A stretch of 31,998 nucleotides of DNA from contig CAXHJY010000318.1 of the NCBI GenBank assembly GCA_964016885.1, positions 1 to 31,998 of the forward strand, given 5' to 3'. The translations under genes were made by a program, and so were the position numbers. This document shows, piece after piece, positions 11,337 to 25,771 of this stretch (its first letter is position 1; every line of letters starts with the position of its first letter). The notes beneath the pieces were generated by a model. That model was not told the DNA's origin. It saw only the letters and a program-made list of their open reading frames with translations, and did not search any database. Origin of the DNA: Eledone cirrhosa. Lineage: Eukaryota.

Positions 11337-12766
11337 CCTTCGACCGACCCCCTCCCCCCACACTTATCCCCCACTAACACCACTAACACACCCCTCCTTT
11401 TCACCGCCCACAACTAACACTACTAACACCTCCACTCCACCCCTCATCCGACCACCCTTCCCCAACTAACATACTAACATCCCTCCCTTCTTCCCCTCCC
11501 CCTCCTTATCACACGCACACACCCACCGGCACATATATACACGCGCTCACACTAAACACACACCCTACTACCACCACTAACCCTCACCCCCACACCTCCA
11601 TCCCACCACCCCGCAACTAACCTCACTAACACCCCCTGACCCCAAGCACACGAACACGCGCACCCACTTACACCACCCACCCCACACGCAACTAACATCA
11701 CTAACACCCCAACCCCACGCACACGTACCCACACACCCTCGTACACCACCAACTCTACACTCCCTACCACCACTAACCCCCACTCACATCTGCATTCAAC
11801 CCTTTCCCCACCTCCCGTATACTAACACCCCCTTCATCAAACTACACACACACCAGTACACCACACTCCCTCCATAGAACTACACACACCCTTCTCTCCC
11901 CGCTCCACCCATACCCTCGCTCCACACTCACTCATCCCACTAACACCTCTACTAATACACACACACACCCTCCTCACTCCAACTTTCACACCTTCCCATC
12001 CTCGCCCCTTTACCATTTCACCTGACTGCTGCTATGCCCTCTGACCACCTCCCAGCACAAACAGACACACAGCACTCCCACCGCTTGACCACTTCCTATT
12101 GCGCGCGCACCCCACATCTCTCCTCTTCCGGCCATCTCTTCATGGAATACTCGTATGTGGAACTTGACCACCACGGAATCTACTAAACATCATAGGAATT
12201 TACCAACATTTCAACCATCCTCTTACGGAATCACCTATATAACTCACCCACACACACACACCCCAAAAAATTTTTTTATGCCACACGCCACCTACACCCA
12301 CAACACGCTTAAACCCCACACACACGTGCTTTCCACCACATATTTACACCCTCAGCCTCCCGATTCCTCTCCCCCCACCCCTCTATCCACACACGCACAG
12401 GCACTCCGACCTACAACGCCCCCCCCTCACACCTTCCTGAACATGCAACCCCGTTCTTCCCCCAACCCTTACTTTCACATACACACACACGTACACCTAC
12501 ACACACCACCTTCAGCCCTCCCCGCTCGGACACCCCGTCTCCCTCACCTCACTCCATCCGCCACCACCCCTACACACCCCACACCCTTCCACCACCTGTT
12601 TTACCCCTTTTTAATTTCAGTTTATTTTGATCATGCTTTTATATTCATTTTTATTTTGATCATGCTTTATTTTTATTTTTAATTTCATTCGCACCGTTTC
12701 CTTTCGCTATATGTCCCTCCACCACTCCCCTACACACCCTTTGAACTCTGTTTCCACACACTTCTC

Positions 12767-12798
12767 ACCTGAGGAAGGGCTTATGCCCGAAACGTCGT
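12767..12798 (+). ncRNA. Minimal hammerhead ribozyme motif
   Basis: AC-CTGAGGA-aGGGC ttat GCCC-GAAAC-GTC-GT. Stem I is only 2 bp. Position matches a Penelope pLTR. Confidence 0.7.
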
Positions 12799-13149
12799 TC
12801 CCCACCACCACCCCACTCTCCAGAGCGTGAAATTAATAAACATTCGTTGTACTGCCTCTCTGTTTTGTTCCTGTTCAAATTTTTCCATTATATATATATG
12901 CATGTATATATATATGTATGTATGTATATATATATGTATATATATGTATGTATGTATGTATATGTATATATATGTATGTATGTATGTATGTATATATATA
13001 TATATGTATATATATGTATGTGTATATATATGTATGTGTATATATATGTATGTGTATATATATGTATGTGTATATATATGTATGTATGTATATATGTATG
13101 TATGTATATATGTATGTATGTATATGTATGTATATATATATATATATGT

Positions 13150-13563
13150 ATGGATGTATATATAATGTATTTTGCAATACACTTTATGCTTAATTAAAAG
13201 CATTTTGAAGACCGTAAGCTATTGTTTTAAAGTAGTGACAAATTCACTCACTTTGATCTCAGCAAACGGGAGATAAGCCGACAAGACTTGTTTCGCTTTG
13301 GTTGAAGCTTATCAAGGCCAACTACCCCACCTGTTTGCTGAGATCATTGATATTATATTCTTATAGAAATCTAGTAAATAATCAGGAGCTGATTATGCAG
13401 AGCGGTTGTTGGTCAGGCAGAAATTAAAAATTAGAATTGGAGCTCTGAAATAGCAATATATATATGGATGTATATATAATGTATTGTTTCGCTTTGTAAG
13501 ACTTGTTTCGCTTTGGTTGAAGCTTATCAAGGCCAACTACCCCACCTGTTTGCTGAGATCATT
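13150..13563 (-). mobile_element. Tandem pLTR/retrozyme-like unit (~315 bp) plus a deleted second copy
   Basis: TGGATGTATATATAATGTATT recurs at about 13151 and 13466. About 13283-13349 recurs at 13498-13564. Confidence 0.6.
13276..13319 (-). ncRNA. Hammerhead ribozyme motif with U3:A8 variant core
   Basis: Minus strand GGCC-TTGATAA-GCTT caacca AAGC-GAAA-CAAG t CTTG-TC-GGCT, enclosed by outer stem TGATCTCAGCAAAC / GTTTGCTGAGATCA (13254-13346). Confidence 0.75.
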
Positions 13564-13663
13564 GGTTGGACTAAAAAGTCACACTCGTTCAGCGCATCGG
13601 TAGGAGTTCTCCTACATGGATATAAAGTAGTGGCCATACTCGAAAACGAGTTGGCAGCCACCA
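13564..13663 (+). mobile_element. Bipartite RTE-derived element, copy 2 (3' 100 bp only)
   Basis: GGACTAAAAAGTCACACTCG...GTTGGCAGCCACCA matches the 3' end of copy 1. Confidence 0.85.
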
Positions 13664-13725
13664 TATATGTATGTATGTATGTATGTATATATGTGTATGT
13701 ATATATATATATATATATGTGTATG

Positions 13726-13767
<42 letters not shown>

Positions 13768-13837
13768 CGTGTATATATATATATATATATGTGTATGTGT
13801 ATATATATGTGTATGTATATATATATATGTATATATA

Positions 13838-16365
13838 TAACTTTGAATAACTTTGAAATGTTTTGGCCAGTATTGGCCCAGGCCATGTCTAACTTAATAG
13901 CACCACCTGGCGAAGTCTTTCAATTCAGGATTTGGGCACCATGGCCCATTCGAGAAGAGAATTACTGTTTGCGGAGACATATCCGGGTGTGGGTGGTTTG
14001 TCCGGGATTACTTGGAGGAATTTGTCCAAAGACTTCTTGAATTTTGTGTGGTCAGTTTCTGTTTTGACGTGTCCTGGTGTGATGTTGAAGAGAGCAGGGC
14101 CGATTGAGGTGAAATAATTGTGCCGTATTGTTGTTATGAGTTGCGATTTAGATTTTTGAATGGGACGGATAGCACGGGGCCCAAGCCTTGGGTGTATCTT
14201 GAAGGCGATGCCAACATCATTTGGGAAGTGATGATGGAACATTTTCCACATCATGCAGATAATATAACGCTCACGGCGACGTTGGAGTGAGTAAAGTTTT
14301 AGGTTTTCTAATCGACCCCAGTAGTCAAGGTCTGACATGCCATCTATCTTTTTCGTGATTGCCCTTTGAGGAGCTTCAAGTTTCATGATACTTTGTTTCG
14401 TGTGGGGAGACCACAGTGGACAACAGTATTCAAGGTGTGGTCGGGCGAAAGTAGAGAAGAGAAGGATAATGGTGCGGGAATCTCTCGACTGGAAGGTTCT
14501 GAGGATCCAGGAACACATTCTGCGGGCCATGTCAACTTTGCTGCTTATATGCGTGGTCCAGCTTATGTTGCTGTCCACGGTTACTCCCAAGTCTCTGATG
14601 TTGTTAGATGCCACGAGAGTTTCCCCGGAGGGAAGGGAGTACGGGAGTTTCAGAGCATCCTCTTTTCCAAAGTGGATCAGTTCGAATTTGTCTTCGTTCA
14701 GTAACATGTTGTTCTTTTCTGCCCATTGGGTAACAGCCAGTAGGTCTGACTGAAGGCTTATCCGGTCATCCACGCCATTGATGACCTTTTGGAGCTTGGA
14801 ATCATCAGCGAAAATTTTAATGTTGCTGTGTTTGATGATGTCAGTGATGTCATTAATATAGATGATGAAGAGAAGTGGGCCCAACACAGTGCCTTGTGGG
14901 ACCCCACTACTCACTTTGGCTGGGCTTGATTTGACTCCCTCAACTACAACATGTTGGGTTCTGTTTGACAGGAAGCTCTTGATCCACTGCAGCAGCTTTC
15001 CAGTGACACCAATATTGGACAGCTTTCTCAGTAGAATGTTATGATCAACCCTGTCAAAGGCCTTGCTGAAATCAAGGTAGATAACATCAGTGTTGGAACC
15101 CTCTCCCAAGGCTCTCAAAATGTCATCAAAGTGATGCAGTAGCTGCGTCAGGCAATCCCTTCCATTACGGAATCCATGCTGGTTGGAGTTCAGCATATTG
15201 TTACTCTCAAGGAAGTGGGTCATTCGCGATCTCACCACTCGCTCAAATACCTTAATGATATGAGAGGTGAGTGAGATTGGACGGTAATTCACGGCAAGGG
15301 ATTTGTTTCCCTTTTTGGAAACTGGGACAACAGACTGGGATAGAAGGTTTTCTGGCACATATCCAGCATCCAGTGAGTTCCGCCACAGATTGGCAAGAGG
15401 AGATGCAAGTTGGTGTTGACACGCCTTCAAGACACAAGCAGGGAACCTATCGGGACCTACTGCTGAATTATGCTTGATTTCCTTTATTGCCGCCAAGACA
15501 TCAGGGGCGCCAAACGTTATGTCCGATAAGGTGTAATGGGGAGTAACATCGCCGATACAGCCCAGATCGGCCATATCAGGATTGCTGAAAACAGAGCAGT
15601 ATTGTTTCTGCAGTATCTCACCCATGGTTTTAGCATTGTCTTGAAGAGTGCCATTTTCATCAATTAGAGGGCCAACAGTAGAGCCAGTGATTTTGTGTTT
15701 TTTTGCAAATGAAAAGAACACTTTGGGATTGAGTTTGATCTTCTCAATGGCCCAGGCCTCTTCAGCTCTTCTCTGATTGTTGATGAGGGACATTATGTTG
15801 TTTTGGAGGTTATGTTTTTTAATCTCTAGTGATGAAGTGGCAGTTAAGTTGATGTGTTGCTGCTGACAGTATTTCAGCTTGTTGATTTTTTTGTTCGTTC
15901 TCTTAATTTTTCTGATGAGCGTTTTTCTATTTCTAGGGATTCTGCTCTTAGATTTGTTTATAGTTCTTAATGGGGTGTGTTTAGCACATATGTTTGTAAC
16001 AGTGTCCACAAATGTCTGCCAGGACTTTTTGATGTTAGTGGGTGTATGAGTGTGCGTGAAGGACCAGTCGACATGTGCAAGATCATGACTGATCGCTTCC
16101 CAGTTTGCATTGTGGAAATCCATAGCGTCAAACGGATGGACAGGAGAGATGACATTGGGTTTGTATATTGGACGGTGGAATCTCAGATCACAGAGAACCA
16201 TGTCATGATCAGAGAGTAGAGTTTTCTCCACTGCAATATTGTGGATATTGTCAGTGTGATTGCTGAAAATTAAGTCTAGGACGTTTTTGTGGCACCTCGT
16301 TGGTTCGAGCACCAGTTGGGATAGGAAGAAATCATCCATGAAGTCAAGAAGCGATTCCACAGCTT
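13838..16365 (-). mobile_element. CR1-group LINE, 5'-truncated
   Basis: Long RT frame, short 3'UTR with hairpin GGCC...GGCC and a repeated TTCAAAGTTA tail running into (TA)n. Confidence 0.88.
13925..16360 (-). CDS. LINE ORF2: end of AP endonuclease plus reverse transcriptase
   Basis: PTR...[77 protein letters not shown]. 811 codons with no stop. Confidence 0.93.
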   Translation of the reverse strand: MESLLDFMDDFFLSQLVLEPTRCHKNVLDLIFSNHTDNIHNIAVEKTLLSDHDMVLCDLRFHRPIYKPNVISPVHPFDAMDFHNANWEAISHDLAHVDWSFTHTHTPTNIKKSWQTFVDTVTNICAKHTPLRTINKSKSRIPRNRKTLIRKIKRTNKKINKLKYCQQQHINLTATSSLEIKKHNLQNNIMSLINNQRRAEEAWAIEKIKLNPKVFFSFAKKHKITGSTVGPLIDENGTLQDNAKTMGEILQKQYCSVFSNPDMADLGCIGDVTPHYTLSDITFGAPDVLAAIKEIKHNSAVGPDRFPACVLKACQHQLASPLANLWRNSLDAGYVPENLLSQSVVPVSKKGNKSLAVNYRPISLTSHIIKVFERVVRSRMTHFLESNNMLNSNQHGFRNGRDCLTQLLHHFDDILRALGEGSNTDVIYLDFSKAFDRVDHNILLRKLSNIGVTGKLLQWIKSFLSNRTQHVVVEGVKSSPAKVSSGVPQGTVLGPLLFIIYINDITDIIKHSNIKIFADDSKLQKVINGVDDRISLQSDLLAVTQWAEKNNMLLNEDKFELIHFGKEDALKLPYSLPSGETLVASNNIRDLGVTVDSNISWTTHISSKVDMARRMCSWILRTFQSRDSRTIILLFSTFARPHLEYCCPLWSPHTKQSIMKLEAPQRAITKKIDGMSDLDYWGRLENLKLYSLQRRRERYIICMMWKMFHHHFPNDVGIAFKIHPRLGPRAIRPIQKSKSQLITTIRHNYFTSIGPALFNITPGHVKTETDHTKFKKSLDKFLQVIPDKPPTPGYVSANSNSLLEWAMVPKS

Positions 16366-16577
16366 TATATATTTATATATATGTGTATGTATATATATAT
16401 ATGTATATACATATATGTGTATGTATATATATATATGTATATATATATATGTGTATATATATATATATATATGTGTGTATATATATATATGTGTATATAT
16501 ATATATATATGTATATATATATACGTGTATATATATATATATATGTATATATATATGTATATATGTATATATATATG

Positions 16578-16608
<31 letters not shown>

Positions 16609-16679
16609 GTATATATATATATATATATATGTATGTATATATATATGTATGTATATATATATGTATGTATATATATATG

Positions 16680-17286
16680 TCAGGTCACCAGTTGGTGCTA
16701 CTGGTAACATGTATCCCAGTACAACCTGTCTCATGGTCGGGTCGTTGGCGACTAAACTGGCAACCCCACCAAGGTTTCTTGGTGAGGAGGGTGACTTTGG
16801 ACATCCTACAGGACTAAAAACAAAACCTGTCAAAAGGGCAAAGGAGCTCTTAAGAGTCAATGGCCATCTAAAATCACCGGGAGAGATGACCCCTTAGCCT
16901 TTGTCAAGGCAGAATTCTAGGAGAAGGAAAACTCTGATATAACACCTGCAACCCTGATGGTATCCAATGATGTTGACTAGTTCTTCTTTTTGGTAAATAT
17001 CATCTTGGTTAAGAGAGTGGGACTGGCTTTGTGCAGTGCCTTTGCTCACTATAAAAGCTTCACAGCACAGGCATTGCTTTATATCTGGAGATCTCTCTGC
17101 ATTTGTCATCACGTGGTACCATGGGCCCAACACTATGTGTCAATAATTGTCACAAGTGTAGTGATTGTGCCAGTTTTCAAGTCGCTGGCTGGACTAAAAA
17201 GTCACACTCGTTCAGCGAATCGGTAGGGGTTCTCCTACATGGATATAAAGTAGTGGCCGTACTCGAAAACGAGTTGGCAGCCACCA
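16680..17286 (+). mobile_element. Bipartite RTE-derived element, copy 3 (full length)
   Basis: TCAGGTCACCAGTTGG...GCAGCCACCA; same 5' start as copies 4 and 5. Confidence 0.88.
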
Positions 17287-17816
17287 TGTATATATATATG
17301 TATGTATATATATATGTATGTGTATATATATATATGTATGTATATATATATGTATGTGTATATATGTATGTGTATATATATATGTATGTATATATATATG
17401 TATGTGTATATATATATGTATGTGTATATATATATGTATGTGTATATATATATGTATATATATGTATGTATATATATATATGTATGTATGTATATATGTA
17501 TGTTATATATGTATGTATGTTATATATGTATGTATATATATATATATGTATCTATATATATATATGTATCTATATATATATATGTATCTATATATATATA
17601 TGTATCTATATATATATATGTATCTATATATATATATGTATCTATATATATATATGTATCTATATATATATATGTATGTATATATATATATGTATGTATA
17701 TATATATATGTATGTATATATATATATGTATGTATATATATATATATGTATGTATGTATATATATGTATGTATGTATATGTATGTATGTATATATGTATG
17801 TATATGTATGTATGTA

Positions 17817-17850
<34 letters not shown>

Positions 17851-17940
17851 TGTATATATATATATGTATATATGTATGTATGTATATATATATATGTATA
17901 TATGTATGTATGTATGTATATATATGTATGTATGTATATG

Positions 17941-18179
<239 letters not shown>

Positions 18180-18181
18180 GT

Positions 18182-18219
<38 letters not shown>

Positions 18220-18226
18220 GTATGTG

Positions 18227-18821
18227 TCAGGTCACTAGTTGGTGCTACTGGTAACATGTATCCCAGTACAACCTGTCCCATGGTCGGGTCGTTGGCGACT
18301 AAACTGACAACCCCACCAAGGTTTCTTGGTGAGGAGGGTGACTTTGGACATCCTGCAGGACTAAAAACAAAACCTGTCAAAGGGCAAAGGAGCTCTTAAG
18401 AGTCAATGGCCATCCAAAATCACCTGGAGAGATGACCCCTTAGCCTTTGTCAAGGCAGAATTCTAGGAGAAGGAAAACTCTGATATAACACCTGCAACCC
18501 TGATGGTATCCAATGATGTTGACTTGTTCTTCTTTTTGGTAAATATCATCTTGGTTAAGAGAGTGGGACTGGCTTTGTGCAGTGCCTTTGCTCACTATAA
18601 AAGCTTCACAGCACAGGCATTGCTTTATATCTGGAGATCTCTCTGCACTTGTCGTCACATGGTACAATGGGCCCAGTACTGTGTGTCAATAATTGTCACA
18701 GGTGTAGTGTTTGTACCAGAGTTTTCAAGTCGCTGGCTGGACTCGTTCAGCGCATCGGTAGGGGTTCTCCTACATGGATATAGAGTAGTGGCCGTACTCG
18801 AAAACGAGTTGGCAGCCACCA
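18227..18821 (+). mobile_element. Bipartite RTE-derived element, copy 4 (full length, small deletion near 3' end)
   Basis: Highly similar to copies 1 and 3. Confidence 0.88.
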
Positions 18822-19095
18822 TATATATATATGTATATATATATATGTATGTATATATATATATATGTATATATATATATGTATTTATATATATATGTAT
18901 GTATATATATGTATTTATATATATATGTATGTATATATATGTATTTATATATATATGTATGTATATATATATATATGTATTTATATATATATGTATGTAT
19001 ATATATGTATTTATATATATATGTATGTATATATATATATATGTATGTATATATATATATATGTATATATATATATGTATATATATATATGTATT

Positions 19096-19148
<53 letters not shown>

Positions 19149-19153
19149 GTATT

Positions 19154-19210
<57 letters not shown>

Positions 19211-19213
19211 GTA

Positions 19214-19322
<109 letters not shown>

Positions 19323-19337
19323 ATATATATATATGTA

Positions 19338-19418
<81 letters not shown>

Positions 19419-19453
19419 GTATATATATGTATATATATATATGTATATATATG

Positions 19454-19520
<67 letters not shown>

Positions 19521-19522
19521 AT

Positions 19523-20824
19523 TTCCAAACATGGAAGCACGGCCTAGAGTCAAAAGGACTTAAAATTAACCTGGCTAAGACCAAAGTGCTAGTTTGTAGG
19601 AAAGAAAACAAGGCGGCGGTCCCTTCTGGGAAATGGTCGTGCTCGGTGTGTAGGAAAGGCGTAGGTAGAAACTCCATTTTATGTCCTAAATGCAAAGTAT
19701 GGGTGCATAAAAGATGTAGTGGGATCACAGGTAAGCTAACTAAGAACATAGATTTTACATGTGGCCGGTGCTCTGGTGCAATAAGTAGCAGCAAGTGCCC
19801 ACAAACTACTAGCTCTTTCAATTGCGCAGAGGGTTCTATAGAAATAGTGGACAGCTTCCGTTACCTGGGCGATAAAATCAGCAGTGGGGGAGGGTGCTCT
19901 GAAAGTACTGTAGCTAGAGTCAGAACTGGTTGGAAAAAGTTCAGAGAGCTTATACCACTATTAGCTGCTAAAGGGTTCTCACTAAAAATGAAAGGCAGGT
20001 TGTACGATGCCTGCATACGAACAGCAATGCTGCATGGCAGTGAGACCTGGGCATTGTGTGCAGAGGATATACGCAGACTAGAGAGGAACGAAGCTTGCAT
20101 GCTCCGCTGGATGTGTAACAGTAATATACGTGAACGGCAAAGCATAAACGAACTAAGGAAAAAATTAGAGATAAGAGGGATCAGATGTTGTTTACTCGAG
20201 AGAAGGCTACGTTGGTATGGACACGTGATGCGCATGAAAGTCGATAGCTGTATAACAAAGTGCAGGGCAATAAAGATAGACGGTAGTCACGGAATAGGCA
20301 GACCTAGAAAAACCTGGGACGAGCTGATAAACTCCGACATCACACACTTACACCTCTCCAAGACAATGTCACTGGACCGAGACCTTTGGCGGTACTCAGT
20401 AACAGAGAAGACCCGCCTTACCTAAATATATAGTAAAACCTACTCCAGCCAGTAGGCATCTCTAACAAAATACACCCCGTCCCACCACCCCCACCCCCAC
20501 CCGATCCACACCACCCCGTTCTATGTAAAGTTATGTTGGTGCCGCGCCTTCGAGGCCGAAACAAATGAGATCGTGTAGGTGTCACGACAAAAAAACACAC
20601 AGTCCACGCTGTAATGTGGCCGTGTAGGCAACACGGTAAAAACCTCCCAGACCCACACTGTAAATGTGGTTGGTGTTAGGAAGGGCATCCAACTGTAGAA
20701 AACCTGCCAGACAGTCCTATGCGAGCAAGACAATCACTCTTGCCTCAAGTGGGACTACCCCCGTCCAAACCCATGCAAGCGTGGAACACGGACGTTAAAC
20801 GTTGATGATGATGATGATGATGAT
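19523..20824 (+). mobile_element. RTE LINE 3' fragment (PHD-containing RT C-terminus to 20425, 3'UTR, (GAT)n tail)
   Basis: [21 protein letters not shown]...CSVC...CPKC...HKRC...CGRC...FRYLG...RLRWYGHV...GRPRKTW. Ends GGACGTTAAACGTTGATGATGAT. Confidence 0.92.
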
Positions 20825-20841
20825 ATATATATATGTATATA

Positions 20842-20874
<33 letters not shown>

Positions 20875-20895
20875 ATATATATATGTATATATATA

Positions 20896-20928
<33 letters not shown>

Positions 20929-21106
20929 ATATGTATATATATATATGTATATATATATGTATATATATATATGTATATATGTATATATATATATGTATAT
21001 ATATATGTATGTATATATATATGTATGTATATGTATATATATATGTATATATGTATATGTATATATATATGTATGTATATATATATGTATGTATATATAT
21101 GTATGC

Positions 21107-21142
<36 letters not shown>

Positions 21143-21153
21143 GTATCTATATG

Positions 21154-21184
<31 letters not shown>

Positions 21185-21421
21185 GTATATATATATATGT
21201 ATGTATATGTATGTATATATATGTATATATATATATGTATGTATATATATGTATATATATGTATATATATATATGTATATATATATATGTATATATATAT
21301 ATGTATATATGTATATATATATGTATGTATATATATATATGTATGTATATATGTATATATATATATATGTATATATGTATATATATATGTATGTATATAT
21401 ATATGTATGTATATATATATG

Positions 21422-21484
<63 letters not shown>

Positions 21485-21504
21485 GTATATATATGTATGT
21501 ATAT

Positions 21505-21800
<296 letters not shown>

Positions 21801-21995
21801 ATATATATATGTATGTATATATATATATATATATGTATGTATATATATATATATATATGTATGTATATATATATATATGTATGTATATATATATATATAT
21901 ATGTATGTATATATATATATATGTATGTATATATATATATATATATGTATGTATATATATATATATGTATGTATATATATATATATGTATGTATG

Positions 21996-22042
<47 letters not shown>

Positions 22043-22173
22043 ATATATATATATATATGTATGTATATATATATATATGTATGTATATATATATATATAT
22101 ATGTATGTATATATATATGTATGTATATATATATATGTATGTATGTATGTATATATATATGTATGTATGTATA

Positions 22174-22563
22174 TCAGGTCACCAGTTGGTGCTACTGGTA
22201 ACATGTATCCCAGTACAACCTGTCTCATGGTCGGGTCGTTGGCGACTAAACTGGCAACCACACCAAGGTTTCTTGGTGAGGAGGGTGACTTTGGACATCC
22301 TGCAGGACTAAAAACAAAACCTGTTAAAGGGCAAAGGAGCTCTTAAGAGTCAATGGCCATCCAAAATCACCGGAAGAGATGACCCCTTAGCCTTTGTCAA
22401 ACCAGGGACTAAAAATATATGGACTAAAAATATATGGACTAAAAAAATATATGGACTAAAAATATATGGACTAAAAAGTCACACTCGTTCAGTGCATCGG
22501 TAGGGGTTCTCCTACATGGATATAAAGTAGTGGCCGTACTCGAAAACGAGTTGGCAGCCACCA
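22174..22563 (+). mobile_element. Bipartite RTE-derived element, copy 5 (internal deletion with GGACTAAAAATATAT tandem)
   Basis: Both termini intact. About 290 bp missing after GCCTTTGTCAA and replaced by four ~15-bp repeats. Confidence 0.88.
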
Positions 22564-22610
22564 TGTATGTCTATATATATGTGTGTATGTATATAAATGT
22601 ATGTATGTGA

Positions 22611-22674
<64 letters not shown>

Positions 22675-23449
22675 ATTTATATATGTGTATATATGTATGT
22701 ATATTTATATATGTGTATATATGTATGTATATTTATATGTGTATGTATGTATATTTATATGTGTATGTATGTATATTTATATGTGTATGTATGTATATTT
22801 ATATATATGTATGTATATTTATATATATGTATGTATATTTATATATATATGTATGTATATTTATATATATATGTATGTATATTTATATATATATGTATGT
22901 ATTTATATATATATGTATGTATTTATTTATATATATATGTATGTATTTATTTATATATATATATATGTATTTATTTATATATATATATATGTATTTATTT
23001 ATATATATATATGTATTTATTTATATATATATATGTATGTATTTATATATATATATATGTATGTATTTATATATATATGTATTTATTTATATATATATAT
23101 ATGTATGTATTTATATATATATGTATTTATTTATATATATATGTATTTATTTATATATATATATGTATTTATTTATATATATATATGTATTTATTTATAT
23201 ATATATATGTATGTATTTATATATATATGTATGTATTTATATATATATATATGTATTTATATATATATATATATGTATGTATTTATATATATATATATGT
23301 ATGTATCTATATATATATGTATGTATTTATATATATATATGTATGTATTTATATATATATATATGTATGTATTTATATATATATATATGTATTTATATAT
23401 ATATATATGTATTTATATATATATATACATATTTATATATATATATACA

Positions 23450-23518
<69 letters not shown>

Positions 23519-23654
23519 TTATATATATATATATATGTACTTCTAACATTATTATATATATATATATATGTATTTATATATATATATATATATGTACTTC
23601 TAACATTATTATATATATATATATATGTATTTATATATATATATGTACTTCTAA

Positions 23655-23804
23655 CATTATTTCTGAAGACGGCATATATATGAGTTGGTATGTATATTTA
23701 ATTTTGATAGTTTGTATAATTTTGTATAATTTTGTACATAGATCTGTTAAGTATACATGCCAATTCTAACACATATATATCCCAGAAACGATCGTTAAAT
23801 AATG
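23655..23804 (+). ncRNA. Type I hammerhead ribozyme motif with very long stem II
   Basis: CATTATTT-CTGAAGA-[115 nt hairpin]-GAAA-CGATCG-TT-AAATAATG: 8-bp stem I and palindromic stem III. GAGTTGGTATGTATATTTAA pairs with TTAAGTATACATGCCAATTC. Confidence 0.8.
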
Positions 23805-24175
23805 AACTTTTTTTGTTTAATATAAGGAACTGTTTCATTGTTTTATTCATTATTTTTTTAAATATTTTATCTTGACTCTGTATTTCGTTTATCTTTCACC
23901 GAAAGTGATTTTTCATTGCATCTCTTCTTTCCATGATATCCGGATTACATTGAGTTCTTCATACGGATTGGACACTACCGTAAACTCTTGGTAGATTTAT
24001 CTACATATATATATATGTATGTATTTATATATATATTTATATGTATGTATTTATATATATATATATATATGTATTTATTTATATATATATTTATATGTAT
24101 GTATTTATATATATATATATATATATGTATGTATTTATATTTATATGTATGTATTTATATTTATATGTATGTATT

Positions 24176-24210
<35 letters not shown>

Positions 24211-24225
24211 TTATATGTATGTATT

Positions 24226-24258
<33 letters not shown>

Positions 24259-24328
24259 TTATATTTATATGTATGTATTTATATATATATATATATGTAT
24301 GTATTTATATATATATTTATATGTATTT

Positions 24329-24372
<44 letters not shown>

Positions 24373-24389
24373 TTATATTTATATGTATG

Positions 24390-24454
<65 letters not shown>

Positions 24455-25005
24455 TTATATTTATATATATGTATGTATTTATATTTATATATATGTATGT
24501 ATTTATATTTATATATATGTATGTATTTATATTTATATATATGTATGTATTTATATTTATATATATGTATGTATTTATATATATATATATGTATGTATTT
24601 ATATTTATATGTATATGTATTTATATTTATATGTATATGTATGTATTTATATTTATATGTATATGTATGTATTTATATTTATATGTATATGTATGTATTT
24701 ATATTTATATGTATATGTATGTATTTATATTTATATATATGTATGTATTTATATTTATATATATATGTATGTATTTATATTTATATATATATGTATGTAT
24801 TTATATTTATATATATATGTATGTATTTATATTTATATATATATGTATGTATTTATATTTATATGTATGTATTTATATATATATGTATGTATTTATATAT
24901 ATATGTATGTATTTATATATATATGTATGTATTTATATATATATGTATGTATTTATTTATTTATTTATTTATATATGTATGTATGTATGTATGTATGTGA
25001 ATGTA

Positions 25006-25046
<41 letters not shown>

Positions 25047-25173
25047 ATATATATGTATGAATGTGTATGTATATATGTATGTGTATATATATGTATGAAT
25101 GTGTATGTATATATATATGTGTATGTATATATGTATTCACAGTTGTATGTACAGATATGTATATTCAACATAA

Positions 25174-25220
25174 TACATAGAGCACTCTTTTTTTCCTTTA
25201 CCTTTTCTTCGGAAATACTT
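25174..25220 (+). repeat. pLTR 3'-end remnant similar to 28293-28339
   Basis: TACATAGAGCACTCTTTTTTTCC...ACCTTT...CGGAA.TACTT is present at both sites. Confidence 0.65.
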
Positions 25221-25771
25221 AACGGACAGACACACACACCAATCGATTCACATGATTTCGAAACTTTAAAAGAACCCTTTTGTTGCCACATTTCTCATGA
25301 GATGAAATGTAATATTGGATGTTTTATTTTTTTTTTATAAATAACTTTACATATAGAGAAAGAAAAATAGAGGGAGGCAAAAACGAAAACTACCCTCAAC
25401 TTACCACCAAGTGCGACAGTCTGGGTCGCATCACATCATAAGGGTCAAAGGAATATTTTGGGGACAAACCAACACACTGGCAACATTACCACTGTTGAAA
25501 ATAAACAAGAATCTGGAGGGTTTTCTTAAAATAACATTTATTGATGTTTAGAAAGAACATAAAATTAATTATAACGAAAGATTTTAAATTTAAGATGACA
25601 TGGCATGGTCCCCTAATTCCTAAGGGAGTCGTAGGAGTGCTGTATTGATATACAGCATTTCTTGAGCATTTTGAAACCTAGCAGAGCCCATCTCCTCTCC
25701 AGGTCTGAACACAACAGATTTCTTCCAGAGAAGGATAGAATGAGAGAATGGAAGTGATGAAGATATAGAAG

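Larger units (their letters stand above)
10885..12889 (+). mobile_element. Penelope-like element (Neptune-type) 3' fragment with long C/A-rich 3' region and pLTR
   Basis: GIY-YIG frame, about 1.4 kb C-rich tract, hammerhead at 12769, AATAAA at 12835, then a TA junction. Confidence 0.88.

Noticed and set aside
12155-12682. 175-aa Pro/His/Thr-rich ORF
   Set aside because: By-product of the C/A-rich low-complexity 3' region of the Penelope-like element.
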